The notes under the pieces were generated by a model. It was not told where the DNA came from. It saw only the letters and a list, made by a program, of their open reading frames with translations, and made no database searches. DNA of 64,000 bases from Amoebophrya sp. A120 (Eukaryota > Protista > Dinoflagellata), in NCBI GenBank assembly GCA_905178155.1, contig CAJINV010000003.1, positions 9,493,979 to 9,557,978 of the forward strand, read 5' to 3'. Made by a program: the position numbers and the translations under genes. Of the stretch, positions 12,001 to 24,500 are shown piece after piece; within the stretch, counting starts at the first letter, position 1, and each line of letters opens with the position of its first letter.

Positions 12001-14707
12001 CAAAGCGACAATTTGAATCATACCCATACATGACAAGAAAGAAAGAAACATGGAGGAAGAAGCCGATAACTATTTTCTCGATTTCCGATTTCCCATCTTG
12101 GGGATCCCGATTCGAGAGAATGATGCCAACAGATATTCGATATAGTTTACAACTCCTACAAAATAAAACTCATTTGAACGACATGGAAATAAACTCAGAA
12201 ACGAACACACAATCTTATTCGAAAAATAGAAAATCGAATTCAAAAAATGCCCATATATTTGAATGATTCCCGACCGGGATTCCGAGAGAAAATACGTAAT
12301 GAATAAAAAATTTTTCTAAAGTCTCCGGATGGATGGAAAGCTGCAAAATCTTTTATCTTCATAAACTAAATGCATTCCCGTTAACGCGGTCGGACACGCA
12401 TTATAATGAGCGCGACAAACTACAACTGGCCTGCCTTTTTATTTTGCCAAGCATCTCCCTAGCACGGCCCTGATGGGACACCAAAAAACACAAAGAACGA
12501 TCACCATCATACTCATAACAATGGACGCCCGACCATGCTAACTAATACTTTACACATATGAAACCTTTCTACATTTGCCACCCATGCTCGATGGAAATTC
12601 AAAATAAATCAGCGAAACGAGGAACCTATCCTGACCCGATTTCTGATGGGATTCGATCACTCATTCGATCAAAATAATCTCCCTCCGATTGGATTGCTGA
12701 CGCGATTCGGTGCAAAGCGGATAATCTATCCTGATTCTACCTCGGATCCCCCGACGAGAGGGAAAGAAGGACTCGATGAAAAAAGTGAAACACTGACACT
12801 ATGACTCGAGATCCTCGATAGGATTCGACACAGAATGGATGAAACAATTGCTGGGATTCGACAAAAAGAAGACGAACCTACTCTGATTGCGTTTTTTTTT
12901 CCTGTTCTCATTGCATTTATAATTTGCACTCCCTGCGTAATTTATTCCCGATCGGATTCGAGATAGAGCTGCTATGTCCTCCCTTGATTCCCGATGGGGT
13001 TCGATGGAGCAAACAGATAAAATGCATTATGGTTCTGATTCGGATGCCCGATGGGATTCGATCCGGTTCAAAGTAAAGAAGCAGACACGTCTATCCTGGT
13101 TCGCGGGGGACTGCGTTGAGAAATCTCAGATGACAAAGATCTCCCGCAGCTGGATCGATTCCCTTCTCAACGATCGAATTTGGACAAATCGAACTCATGC
13201 ATAGCTATTTCATGTCATTACTTTTATCATCAAATGAATCATGTCGGGAGGGGCTTCCTTGCTGGCAAGAAGCAGCTGCTCGCGGGCCGGCGGGCAGCCC
13301 GGCGGGCAGCTCTTCCTGCCGAGTGATGCCTTTCTAAATGGAACGCGGGCCCTACTTCGTTCTTCTAAATGAAGCCGCTCCAGGTCGCCCGCCTAGATGC
13401 CGACTCTCAGCTCCGTCCGAACCGCCTGCGTGGCAGGCTGATAACTAAGGCCCACTTTTTGGCCGCCCAATGCGCGAAAAGGACCACTTCTAACGCCCCC
13501 GCACCCCAAGCGAGAGGGCATCCGGGGAGCGCTTCGACAGTCAGCTGTCTCTTAAATTCCTGAAGGGAGACTACAGGACTTACCCAACTAGAAGTCTCTG
13601 GAAGGGGACTAGCAGTCTGTGGAAGGTGCTTTTCGCGCCGGAAAGTCGGACGCGCGGCGTTGCTAAAACGGCGTCGCCAGGCTCTGCAGAAGCCCCTCGA
13701 GCTGGCCAGCGCACACCCAAAGGCAAAGCCCGACCACACCACCACACGCAGGATGCCGAGCTTGCGTAATCGGGAGGACCCGCCACGTTCGACGGAGCAT
13801 CAACGCCCACCCCCACCCTCGGATGATGGGGGTAAATCAAAACTAACCGCGCCTGCGCGCAGCATTGGAAAAAGGTCCGGGCTTCTATGTTTTGACGTTT
13901 CAAAATCCGGCTCTAATGGAAGGCGAGAGACGGGCGGCGAAGTGCGCAGTGAAGAGCGCGGCGGCAAGTGCGGCGGGGAGAAGGGGGGGGGGGGGGGGGG
14001 GGGGGGGGTGGGGTGCGCGCCTGCGACGAAAGGGCGCGAAGCGGCCCGTGCATCCTTCCGGCCGGGGCAGTAGCAAGATAAACCACGAGCCGGCCGGCGC
14101 TTCATGCGCTTTTTAAAGTCCCTGCCTGTGCCCTCCTGTCGCCGCTTCAGCGGTCTTTGCAGGGAAGGGATTTCTCCGTGTGATCAACATTTGAAGCCTT
14201 TCGCAGGCCGCAAGTCATTGCCATCATCTAGCCTGCGCGGGGTATTGTGGATACAGAGGGGGACATGTCAAAATGTTCACTATTATCGGTAAAAAAACTG
14301 CGCGCTTGATTCTGAAAAGCATTCCATGAGGATCCGCATCAGACCGACGGCGCGGAACTCGATACTTCAGGGCGCTTTTGCCCCGAGCTTTCAAACGTCA
14401 GCTGTGGTTGTCGCAGAGTCAGCATAGCGCACAGCAAAATAAACAGACGCTAGGATACGGGACTGCTTCACCACACCTCAGCCTGGCAACCTCAAGAACT
14501 GCGTCTGCTTGGTACGACTATGACACGCAGACCTGCTTTTTGTACAGAACACAGAAACGCCTTTTAACAATGCCCAGTGTCCATTTTGACACAGGCATCT
14601 TCGCCTTCCAATCCTGGCGCAATCATCTGCATGTAAAAAGAAAAAAAGCACACTTCAAGCTTGCGGGCAACATGGCGTCGAACGCATCTCTCATAGAGGA
14701 ATATTGA
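12..14707 (+). CDS. Unidentified multi-exon gene or genes; only fragments visible
   Basis: Protein-like plus-strand segments at about 570-860 (KKAIDRAKIVPLNESFAQVFVPELLEQD...), about 5280-5460 and about 14500-14707 (WYDYDTQTCFLYRTQKRLL...LIEEY*). No recognisable domain. Exon linkage is not established. Confidence 0.25.
2052..2220. repeat. (GCAAG)n pentanucleotide microsatellite with degenerate flanks
   Basis: Perfect GCAAG run at about 2104-2183, with GCCAAG/GAGCAAG variants on each side. Confidence 0.97.
2227..3345. repeat. About 80-bp tandem minisatellite with an internal palindrome, interrupted by the gap
   Basis: Units start at 2227, 2307, 2387, 2467, 2548, 2629 and 2708 (period 79-81). 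Complete units carry CGCGAACAGAGCGCGAACAC-T-GTGTTCGCGCTCTGTTCGCG or a close variant. The array resumes at 3208. Confidence 0.95.
2787..3207. other. Assembly gap (421 N)
   Basis: Run of N. The sequence after the gap (3208-3371) nearly duplicates the sequence before it (about 2623-2786). Confidence 0.99.
6761..7990. mobile_element. Non-autonomous terminal-inverted-repeat (MITE-like) element
   Basis: Imperfect TIRs of about 33 bp: ATGTAAATATTTATGATAGGACTCGGCTTTTTTT (6761-6794) and AAAAAAAGCCGCATCCTTTATTATATTTATAT (7959-7990). Internal TTCGG/CCGAA micro-repeats. ATGTGTCAAA occurs three times near the right end. No TSD resolved. Confidence 0.55.
10975..11082 (+). ncRNA. Candidate structured RNA 1, family unknown
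   Basis: Stems: 10979-10986 with 11041-11048 (8 bp), 10990-10996 with 11011-11017, 11021-11028 with 11072-11079, and CCTGA 11034-38 with TCAGG 11068-72. The G-T pairs work as G:U only on the plus strand. Confidence 0.35.
11310..11413. repeat. 52-bp tandem duplication in a T-tract region
   Basis: 11310-11361 is identical to 11362-11413. Confidence 0.95.
11427..11650 (+). ncRNA. Candidate structured RNA 2 (four consecutive hairpins), family unknown
   Basis: TCTGTG/CACAGA (11427-11450); GTCCG/CGGAC (11453-11499); CTCT..CGCTC/GAGCG..AGAG (11506-11541); CGGACCA/TGGTCCG (11545-11650) enclosing CCGGGCC/GGCCCGG and CTCGCTC/GGGCGAG. Wobble pairs favour the plus strand. Confidence 0.4.
11848..11985. 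repeat. 69-bp imperfect tandem duplication
   Basis: Units start at 11848 and 11917 (TGTCA..CTACTTTATCATCTTTATC..AGAGAATTGGATGATGAGAATGAAGAAA). Confidence 0.92.
13983..14008 (+). repeat. Poly-G tract (G26)
   Basis: 26 consecutive G, followed by TGGGG. Confidence 0.95.
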
Positions 14708-14789
14708 GCACGAAGCGCTGAACTGATATCCTTTGCAATCAAGTTACAAATGATTCGATGGCTCCTCTTTCCCACTCAGTTAAGTGAAA

Positions 14790-15633
14790 TCATTCGTCAT
14801 CCTCGTCCTCGTCCTCCTCATCGAGCGCCTGAACAGCAACTGTGTCCATCTCACGCTGCCCCTCCGGCGTGATGCGACGGCCCCCGGTCTTTTCGTCGAT
14901 CTCGATAATGCCGATCTCTTCCAACTGTGGTTATCGTTGTAAGTTCAAATAGAAGAAAACAATCACATACACATACACTCTTATAAGTGACGGCGCGCAC
15001 TCTTACTCATGCAAAAATATGCCGTCCCGGTCCCCGTCCTCTAAGCCGCTCAGATGAAAAGACGATTTATCATCTACAACTCTTTCTCTGGGGAGAAGAA
15101 AACACCGACGAAGCAAAGCATTTGTACCTGCTGCATGCAGTAGCGGATGATCTTCCCAGAAGACTTGCGAAAATGACTGGTGCACGTTCCACGGCGCTGT
15201 TGACCTCCGTAAACCTTGCGAAAGGCGCCAACACCGGAGCCACCTGCCGAGTGTATCGAATGAGGATTCAAATGCGAAGCTCGAGAATGGAACCATTTTA
15301 TGACACACCGATTGGACCATGGAATAATGCAATGTGGGTGTGAAGATGAAACCATAATATAAAAATCAAAGGGCAGAAAGATGACTATATGCTTATACCT
15401 CGGTTATACACATGGCGGGCAATAGACGCCGCTCGAATGTAAAGCCAGTCCTGATCCATAGGCGGCAGCTCCCGAGATACGCCAGTCTTGACGACGTCAG
15501 CCCAGGGCGGAAGCTCAAACTTCCCTTGCCGCTTCATATGCTTCGCCAAGGCGGTGATAAACTTCTGCGCCTTGACATCCTTCACGGTACAAGCGCGCTC
15601 CGCGCCGAAGAGATGGTCGAACGTAGTGGCCAT
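14790..15633 (-). CDS. RPS19: 40S ribosomal protein S19 (eS19), 161 aa, 3 exons
   Basis: Exons 15633-15399, 15243-15128 and 14924-14790; GT-AG introns 15398-15244 and 15127-14925 keep the frame. The product has eS19 motifs [57 protein letters not shown] and [13 protein letters not shown], and ends in an acidic tail and TGA. Confidence 0.97.
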
Positions 15634-15645
15634 TGTTTCTTTCTA

Positions 15646-15660
15646 CTGCAGAAAATCTTT
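15646..15660 (-). promoter_or_regulatory. Splice acceptor 12 nt upstream of the RPS19 ATG (5'UTR intron or spliced-leader trans-splice site)
   Basis: Minus strand reads ATTTTCTGCAG|TAGAAAGAAACA-ATG. Confidence 0.4.
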
Positions 15661-16099
15661 AGATTTTCATTTTTCCCTGTACACAACAAATTGAACAAAA
15701 TCATGTTCAGAAAGGAATTGCAACAAGACATGATCCTCAAATTTTCATTTGTCAAAATGATCCGGCGGAGTTACGATCCAACCTCTTTTCGGAAAAGATG
15801 TGACTAGCCAGAATAACGTCTATTTCTCTGGATCACTTAGGCGGACAATTTTCTTGACAATGATGCTTTTGTGAAGATCGGTTGGATTCTGAATTTCGGG
15901 ATCACGCTTGAGAAAATAGATAACACCGCGATCTGGAGTAGTTTGCAAACGAAAAATATGTCGAATTTATGCATGCGTCATCGAAGTAGGCGAGTCCGAT
16001 TTCAGTGACTACACAAAAATCAGCTTCGGACTTCGGTGCAAAGTAATTTAAAGATCCAGAGCCCAGGATCAAGCAAAAAAAGATTTGGCTGAGCAGAGG

Positions 16100-19000
16100 A
16101 GCCTCAGGATTGGATATTTTAGAAAGGGCACCCTAAGTGCGCAGGCAGGTCCTCCAGATTGGTAAGGCTGAGCGGACGTGCCAAACGGGAAGAGGACTGC
16201 TGGCACGCGAGAGCGACTACATACCGCCCTACCTCCACAGCCGACCGACCTACTCCGTCGAGTTACCCTCGCCATGATCCTACGGAGCGCTACCACGAGT
16301 ACGATATAAGTAAGTATTTGCTTCGTACTACCGCTACCAGCTTTCTACATCGTGAGCCACTCCGGAACTGTTCTGCATTGCCCATGGTGATTGCGTTGCT
16401 ATCGTCATCTTCGTCAGTGACTTGATTGTAACGCGTGGATCCTGCAAGTATGTATGATCCAATCCACCTAGAGGCATCACAGAATAACTCGAAACATTGA
16501 TCTTGCAGCATGGAAGTGTGATGGACTGGGCGCAGGGCATGCCATATGCCCAGAGTGTGCCAGACATGCGGAGTGGCCCGATCCGAGTACTCAATTGCAT
16601 ACCGCGGCCAGCCTTTTTCTGGCATATTGCACTCCCGTGGCGGTAAGTGCACGCAGAAGAAATCACACAGCGCATACGTGCGGCGTTTTCTGCCTTGTAG
16701 CACATTTGGAAAGTAGTGAACTAAGAGGTGGAGGACAGGAGATCTGACATTCATCATCATCATCATCTATCCTGTTAACAATTAATGAGCATGAATGGAA
16801 ACTGCACCTTCATTTTGATCTTTACACGACCTCGTCCGCAAACAAAGTCTTCCGCTTTCGCGATCATCAAATTTAGATCTTGCGTTTTTGCAGGGCAGAC
16901 ACACCACTTCTTCTGCGTATCAATCCGTGATTTACTGCCTTGCGTCCCGCCCGAGGTCTGCATCTAGGCCTAAAACTGTACAAAAATACATCCACTTTTT
17001 AAAGTTCAAATGCCCGATAATTGTGGTACCAGTACCTATTCCAGCACGATGTCCGCCCCTCTTCTTTTCAAGTAAAACACAGGAACAATAGCACCTGAGA
17101 TGATGCCGCACGCCTTCCTGAAACAAAAAAAACAACCAAAAAAATCCAAATCATATGCCCCGGTCTGCATAAGTACGCGTTCGAAACTTGCTGTGTGGAG
17201 TTCTGTGCAACGTGGCAGGCATAGCATTACTAGGCATTCAATGTAGCCCATGAGGGCGGCCTGAGGCTTACGCGACAAATGTGCCGGTCGGCTCTTCTAT
17301 TTTCGAGAAGCATCACCTACATTGGCAATGTCAGCTTCCTTTGGAGGCTCGAAGTCTCGACTATAAGCAAATCAATCTATTCAATAAGTATAAAGACAAA
17401 GTACAACCAAGCACAAGTATATCAGAGCTAAAGCGGCGCCAGAAGCGAAGCGAGCTACAACTCGCTTCTTCGTTCCCAGTTCCGACAGACAAATATGTAC
17501 GGCAACAGCAGGGGCCTGCCCGCAATTAATACGGAGAGCGAGCAACTTCGTTTCCGACACCCCCCGCGCCCGTCGTGGTACTTGTCGACGGTCCACAATG
17601 GTAGTTATTCGCTAAGTTTTGTTGCTGTTGGTTCGCCACACTGCCGGTAGTCGGCACGGAGAATACCGAGAAAAATCTTGCTCGCCAATTCGAGAGAACA
17701 CGCACCCACTTATCTACCCAGTGGCGCTAGCCATGACGCTCCCCCCTCCCGCTGCCAGCTCAATACCTGGCAGGCGCCTTGGAAGCCTGCAGGCCCACGC
17801 GCGCCCTGTGCCTGCCTGGTATCCCATTGCTTTGCTAGCCCGCATCGCCCTAATCGTTATCATGATGTACGCATACGCTGCCTGTCTGATAGATTTGAAT
17901 TAGAAAAACTATCGCCCTAAATGCAGCTACGCGCCCGCGACCGGCGGCGATGACTTGCCCACGCGAATACAGGCGGCGGCCCTGGGACTTCCACAGCTGC
18001 CACACTTCTCTTGTGGGCGCCCGACGAACTTGTTTTCTTCGTGGCGCGCGAGCGACGGCTGGCTCATTCGCTTCCCACCCTTTGCTTTTCCTGTGCAGGC
18101 TGCCGCGCCTGTGCAAATGGAGCGCCTCTCGAGTTTTCTTTTTGCGCCAAAAAGAGTCCGCCCTGTCTATTGATGTGCTAGACAGTCGGGATGCGCGGCG
18201 CGCTCCGGCGATTTCCTCGCCGCTCGTCCGAGTCGCCTGCTTCCCGGGGGCGACCCGGAATGGTCCCCACTTGGAAGGAAAGCGCGCGGAACTGCAAGAC
18301 CCCCCGCGACTGCGATGTCTGCGCCGGGGCTGAAAACTTCCCACCCTTAAGAGGCGCAATAAAGCGGCGCTCGCGGGGAAGCCTTGGCGTGCTCCGTTTT
18401 TCCGGATCGCCTCGCGTGCCACCGCTTCTACAACTCCCGAGCGCCAAAATTGTCATTGGTCATGGAAATTCTCGCAATGACATCACTCAGCGCGCCACTT
18501 GCACTTGAGTTCCCCCTTGCTCGCTGTTGCATTTTTACGCTATTGCCCATCGTCCAAACAGGTTCCTGAACCACCTAAAGGCAGTGCAATCCCGAGGGAA
18601 ATGCACAAGCGGCAGAACATCTGAAAGGGGAGTTTCAAGAAAAGCAGAGACGCGCGCAGGTGCTTGGGCGATACATCGGCGCGGTAGGGTGCAGCCGAGG
18701 CCTCGAGTATGGCACCGCCCTCTTCTTGGCATGAAGCTTTTTCCGGCGCTCAAAGAAGCGGTGACATTGCTGTAATTCGGCCAGAAACCGATCTGGTTCG
18801 TAATGGTTTGGTTTTGACTCGGAGCCGCCATGTCTTGGCCGGGTGCTGTATGCAGGCGAGAGCTACCGTTGCAGTGCTGGATAGTATACTAGTACTACTA
18901 ATACTGAACGAAGCCAATCAGAAATTGAAGCTGGTGAGGCATGTGCGATTAATCGAGCGCTTCCTGATACCGAGGAGAGGTGGGTGGACCCACCCTGGGG
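16100..19000 (+). CDS. Unidentified multi-exon gene, divergent from RPS19
   Basis: Strong GTAAGT donors at 16309 and 16643 follow open, protein-like segments (e.g. LETLILQHGSVMDWAQGMPY...PAFFWHIALPW). An acceptor TTTTGCAG lies at about 16893 and an ORF at 17281-17529. Boundaries and product are unresolved. Confidence 0.3.
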
Positions 19001-20789
19001 AGGCTGCATGTGGCGGGCCTGTTCTGAATCGGCATCCCGACGGCGTGCCGCATTGTGCGCTTTCGTTTTTACGCGCCCACATTTTTTCACAAGAAGCGCT
19101 GCGCTGAGTGGTGCCTTGCTTCGCTTGAGCGCTGAGTGGTGCCTTGCAAGTGAAGTAGGAAAATCTAAAGCAGGGCCGAGACGTGAAAGAGGCTGCGCAA
19201 CAAGCAAAAACTAGGTATTTGAAACGGGAACAGTGGCGCCGGACAAAAATTGTGCCTGCGGGTCTCGTCGCTGTCGTGTACCGAAAAAATGCAGCTGATT
19301 TTCCTTGCGCGCAGCGCATCCTACTGTAGGATATGAAGAATTTTCGGCGCGCACAACGCGCGGGGCAACTTCCTTTCTGTGGCTGCGCTGCGGGCGCGAA
19401 GTGCTGTGCTTACGTGCTGCGTGCGCGGCCTTGCCGCCCACTATTTGGGACGTGGGAGATCTTCTGCGCGCGCCACCCACACGGAATTCCCCTACCTCCA
19501 GGCAGCGCCTGCGCAACGGGAGAAATTTTCTCTGCGCGCTTGACTTCGTGCCCGGCACGATTCGAGCAGTTTTTTTGTACGTGCTGTGTCCTGCGCGAGG
19601 GTGTTGGCTAAGCTTTTGGGGCACGGAAGGAAAATGCTCCACCCACGAGACACGTCTACGCACGGCCTTGCCTCAAGTCCAGCGGAGCGCGAGCGCCAAC
19701 GGGACGAGCTCGCGTTACGGAAAAATTTTGTTCCTTGCGCTGCGCGTGCGGCAAGGCCCCTCCGAATCGAAATTAGGGCTCGGGAAAATCTTTCTTCGTG
19801 CGCCACCACCGCGTGCACGACCATTGTAAATCTTTTTTTTCCTCCACGCAGGGAAAAACAGAATCCTCCCGTGCGCGTGCCATCGCTGTTGCACCCGTTC
19901 GGCCTGGGAAAAGCTCCCGCGCCTCACCAGCGCGCAATCACGCATCCCAAATATCAATGATCCTCGGAATGAAGAATTGCGAGCACGACAATTGAACAAG
20001 TTGGAATGTTTTTATTGAAGAGGCCCGTCCCTCCCAGCAACGTTGATTCGGCACAGCTTCTTCTAGGTGACCGATCGCACCGCACCCCCCTTCTCTGCAT
20101 TGAGAAGGAGGTCGAGTAATCGTGCGGGCGGCTCATATAAGTGATACAGCTCGTCGCGCATGGACAGGGCCGCCCTTCCGGCGCATCCATGGATCCCCGT
20201 GGGGAGCGCTGAATAAAGGAAAGCGAATAAGGGTCCGTTGTGAGCTCAAGCTAGGAGGTACAGGTATGTAAACAGCCATCTAGTGGCAAAGATAAAAACA
20301 CTAAAGACACGACGCGTCAATTGTAGTGGTTCGGATGCCGATTCCGCGAACGGCATTACGCTTGCGGAGGGCCTATCTTGTCACAAGCTGTAGCGCTCCC
20401 ACTTCCATACGCTGAAACAGACGACATCGCGCGTTGCCCGCCGGTCCTATGAATGACAAACTTGTCGGCGTCAGGGACGAATGGCAATGAGTCGCACTCT
20501 GAACAAGTACGGCCTTCTCATCCCTACGGGAATGTCCTGCTCAGGTGTTATAATCATGCATATAATCACGAATAATAAAAAGCTCAATGCTGCAAGACTT
20601 GCACTGCTCTAACATGATGCAGGCACAAGGAGCATGGCCTGCCTTTTGAGCAATAGGCGTCTTCCCTGCAGACGCCGACACATTTGCAATTTGTAGCCTT
20701 CGCCCTGACCGGTCTGCAGTAGCTGCCCGTAATCTGAGGTGCACAAACTCAATGAGCTTTACGTTTAGTTTTTTGCGCCTCCGCCTAAA

Positions 20790-21490
20790 TATATAAACTC
20801 AAACTGGCTAAGACGTGCACGGCCCTTTGTTTTTTGACACATGGGTGCGGCCTACCGTGGCGACTCTCTTGACTTCCTCGCCCATCTGCGCCCTCGCTCG
20901 GCTTTTCGTTTTTCATCTTTTCGGCTGCAGTGGCGATTTCTTTGCATCTACTTTCGCTTTGTACTTGTCGGCGCTTTGTTCTTCTGCTTTTCCTTTTCTC
21001 GTTATCGCTTCATATTGTCTTCGAGGAGAAATGAGACAAGAAGGCCAGCGCCTCACACACCCGCCCCCCCCCCGCACAGGCGAGACCATTCCGACCAGTC
21101 GGCCTGTCCTCAACAGCTCGACATGTTTAGTGGAAGGGTTTCGCTTCGAGACACGGGGAGGGGTTTGGCTCGTCATTGCCGATCGCGTGCTAACTGGTTT
21201 GTTTCGTGGCCTGTGGGCCTTTTTACTTTTCTCTTCGCCGGGATCCGGATCAGAAAAAAATCGAAGCACCGGCGGAGGCAGCAGGTTTCAAGTAAGATGT
21301 CAAAAAAATTTATCGCATTCGGCTGCGATCTTCCCCCGCTGACGTTCCGGCTTCATGTGTCAAAGGGAGGCTTCGCCGCGTTTTTCTTTTTATATTTCGT
21401 TGGAAAATAATCCGCGAGGCCCCGGCCGCCGATCTTGGGGGCCATCCATAACTCAAAAAAAGCCGCCGCACTCAAATTGAAATTAAGTAA
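20790..21490. mobile_element. MITE-like element related to the 6761-7990 element
   Basis: TTTGACACATG (20833-20843) is inverted relative to CATGTGTCAAA (21354-21364). 21351-21470 resembles 7852-7970 and ends in the same AAAAAAAGCCGC. Confidence 0.5.
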
Positions 21491-21522
21491 AAGCAGAAGC
21501 ACATGAGATTCGAACTCGTGTG

Positions 21523-24500
21523 CTATCTGTCGCATGCGCATTCAAAAGTTAATTTAGCTTCAAATAGATACTCGATACGTGTTTGTTGCATGAATTGCGA
21601 TTGGTTTGTCGCTTGTTGCTGCATCATCAGATTCGGGTTCAGCTGGTTTACTGACGGGACCATCCTTTGGGGAGATTTCATATGATTGAAAGAACCTCGT
21701 GGAGCTTGCAAGGTCGGTACTTTTCCGGGTAATCCGGATTGCAATCCGGCTGCTGTTTAAATTTGGTTAGGAAATCAATCCGATTCATTGCAATTCACCG
21801 CTGTTCTGTCGTGTTTCGAAGAATCTTTGTACTTATATTCATAACTAGACTACTACGCCGGAGTCCAGGACGCTGGCGATGGGGCGTCTAGTAGAATTCA
21901 GCTGCCTATCAGGATGGGCTGGGGTCGTCCACCATTGGAACAGAAGTCAAGGAGTGGCCCGTCGACATTGTGTCGGCCCTGGGCGCGCACTGGTTCGCGG
22001 TGGGTCTCGTTCACGATCGCGGCGGACCCTGGTCGACTGACCCTGGCCCTACAGTGTAAGGCTGAAAAAAACCAAAATGCCCCCACTTGAAATCATATTT
22101 CCATTTTACTTGTTCATAGATTTAGATATCGATATTGTCTCAAGATCCTTTTCCCCATGCCGACGTATGACCACGTCGCCATTCCGACCGAAGACAGCAA
22201 AATTTTTTTTATGTTGTTGAATACCTGCGCCCATTGACTGCAACGCAGCTGCTGCAGCGATATCTGCAGGACTGTACAGTGTGTCTAGGAAGGAAAAACC
22301 CCGCCCGCCAGCGAGCTCCGCTTCTCGTCCAACCAATTCGATTCCATGCAGAACCACAAATTGGGATCTTCGCTTCGAGGATACGTCTGCGCCTGAGGAC
22401 AACTCTATATCACCTCCTCATCATCTCTGCGACTTCTACTCAAAAAAATTATTCGCAAGGAACTAAATTTCGTTAACTTCAAGGTGCTCGAACGCAGGCA
22501 CTTGCTGTTGCTTTTGCTTCGATAGCATGGACCCATACGCTATGCTTTGCTGTAAGTTCAGTAGACTCGCGTAGTCGTAACCTGTGGAAGTGTTGTTTGT
22601 TCTTGGCACAATCAAGTAAGTACTAGTCTCACTTATCCGCTGCGTCGCATCACGATGGCGACCTACAGGACGCGTCTCAGTGATGATCTTCTGTGCGACC
22701 GACACGGACCGCGGCAGCTCGTACGAAAAAACTAGCAAAAAAAAAGATACTGCTGCCCCCACTGTTGCTGTAACCCGCTCCGGATGATCCTGCACTTTGT
22801 GCTCCGCCGTGCAGCGCGTCGGACCTACTATGGAAGCTGCCTGCACTAGGCGTGTTAAGCATCGCTTTCTCGTGGTCTTCCATACCCTCCAGTAGAACCG
22901 GGAACCGTTTTGCGAGTTTTACTGCTAGTCGCTGTGCCTGCTCCGGGGCAAGTGTGGTCGCTGTTCTGCGCGGTATCGGTGCATGGGACGGCATTTCTCC
23001 CTCGAGCATGTGCCGCAAAACTGATCAATGTAATCGCGCGTGAGTTTGTGTTTGGATAGTCAGCCAAAAAAAAATGCAAATCGTGGAAGCTAACATGTGT
23101 GTTCGCGTCTAGGTAAGCGAGAAATCGCGGAAAAGAAAAACGTCGGCGGTGCTGCAGCTTCGGCACCGCGCTGGAGGGACACCCAGAAACATGACACGGG
23201 GATGATTTCAATTTCTTCTTCTACCGACTGGGTCGAAGGGGGACTAGCGCAGAAGCCACTTGCTGGGCGTTCTGATTTAGAGAGGGGGCGTCGCCTGACG
23301 CATAGCCCTACGGTGAATGTATATGTAAGCTAAGCGCTTGCACTTAGGCTTAGGTTTGTATTGCAATTGCATTGCAGAGCACAAGTGGCAGCAACAAAAA
23401 ATACTCGGTCCTGAAGGCAAGCGAGCACTATCAGCTTTTGCTTAGCGTACTGTCTAAGTTCCTCTTCGTGTGGTGACTGGTACTAGTTTAGCTCTCGTAG
23501 AATTACGTGCTAGCGTATGGCGTCCTACTCCATCACTGGCAGTATGAAAATAAGGATCAGTTGCGTGCTGCTCGCTCCTGAAGGGGAGCAGGTGACTGTT
23601 AAGCGCGCCACTAGAGTTCCAGTTCCTGGGACGTCTAAGCATTTAAAAAATTGCGTCCCAACAGATTGCCACCAGCGCAAGACTAAAAATAAAAGTGCCC
23701 GCTTTGATGTCAAGCAGCTAAGTTCTTTGGGGAGTTGCCGCAGATTGGTTGTGCCGGAGCTCTTTCTATCTTTGGGGTCTTCACACGTGCCCGTGGTGAA
23801 GCTGCCAGCATCAACATCACAGTCACAAGGTCCTGATTACAAAAGCCTCCCGCGCATGCCCGTCCTTGCGTACAACAGATGCATGCGGATGCCACCAGAA
23901 TTTTGCCAGGTACTAACTGACACTGAGCCTCCTCTTCTTACCCTTCCTGGCGACTCCGTCGCTCCCGAAGCTTTGGCGATGGCACGCAAAGCAGGCCGAC
24001 GGGAATCACCGTCAACCGCGAAGTTACACCCGGCACCGCCCAGCTGCCTTTTTCATAATTCCCTATCCCCACCTTCTAAGCCCTTTGTTGCTTATCTTTT
24101 CGGATTTGTCGCTGCGCTTTCTTTAACATTTTTAGGGGTTGAAAGAATTAAGTTTTTGGTCAAGGTTTTGATTTGCGATTTTTCATTTTTTTTCTCATCG
24201 CTCTGAATGGAAAAGGAAAGCGCAGACCATCCAGCCGAAAAAGCTCGCTGCGCCGATATCAACATCTCGGCCGGTATCCAGACCAGCAGAAGCCGGGCAA
24301 AATGGAGGCCGCGCGCTTGCTGCTTCCAACCTCTCCCCCGGGTGAATACGATGAAGCCGCGGCGGCATTTTTCTCGGCTTCTGCTGACCTGGACTGCTGG
24401 CCAAGATATTAGCCTCGGCACCTCCCCAGAAGAACCCCAGACGCATGCCATCCGCCGCGAGGTATTTGGGGCGCCGGGCTGCTGGCCTGGCTTCTCCGCC

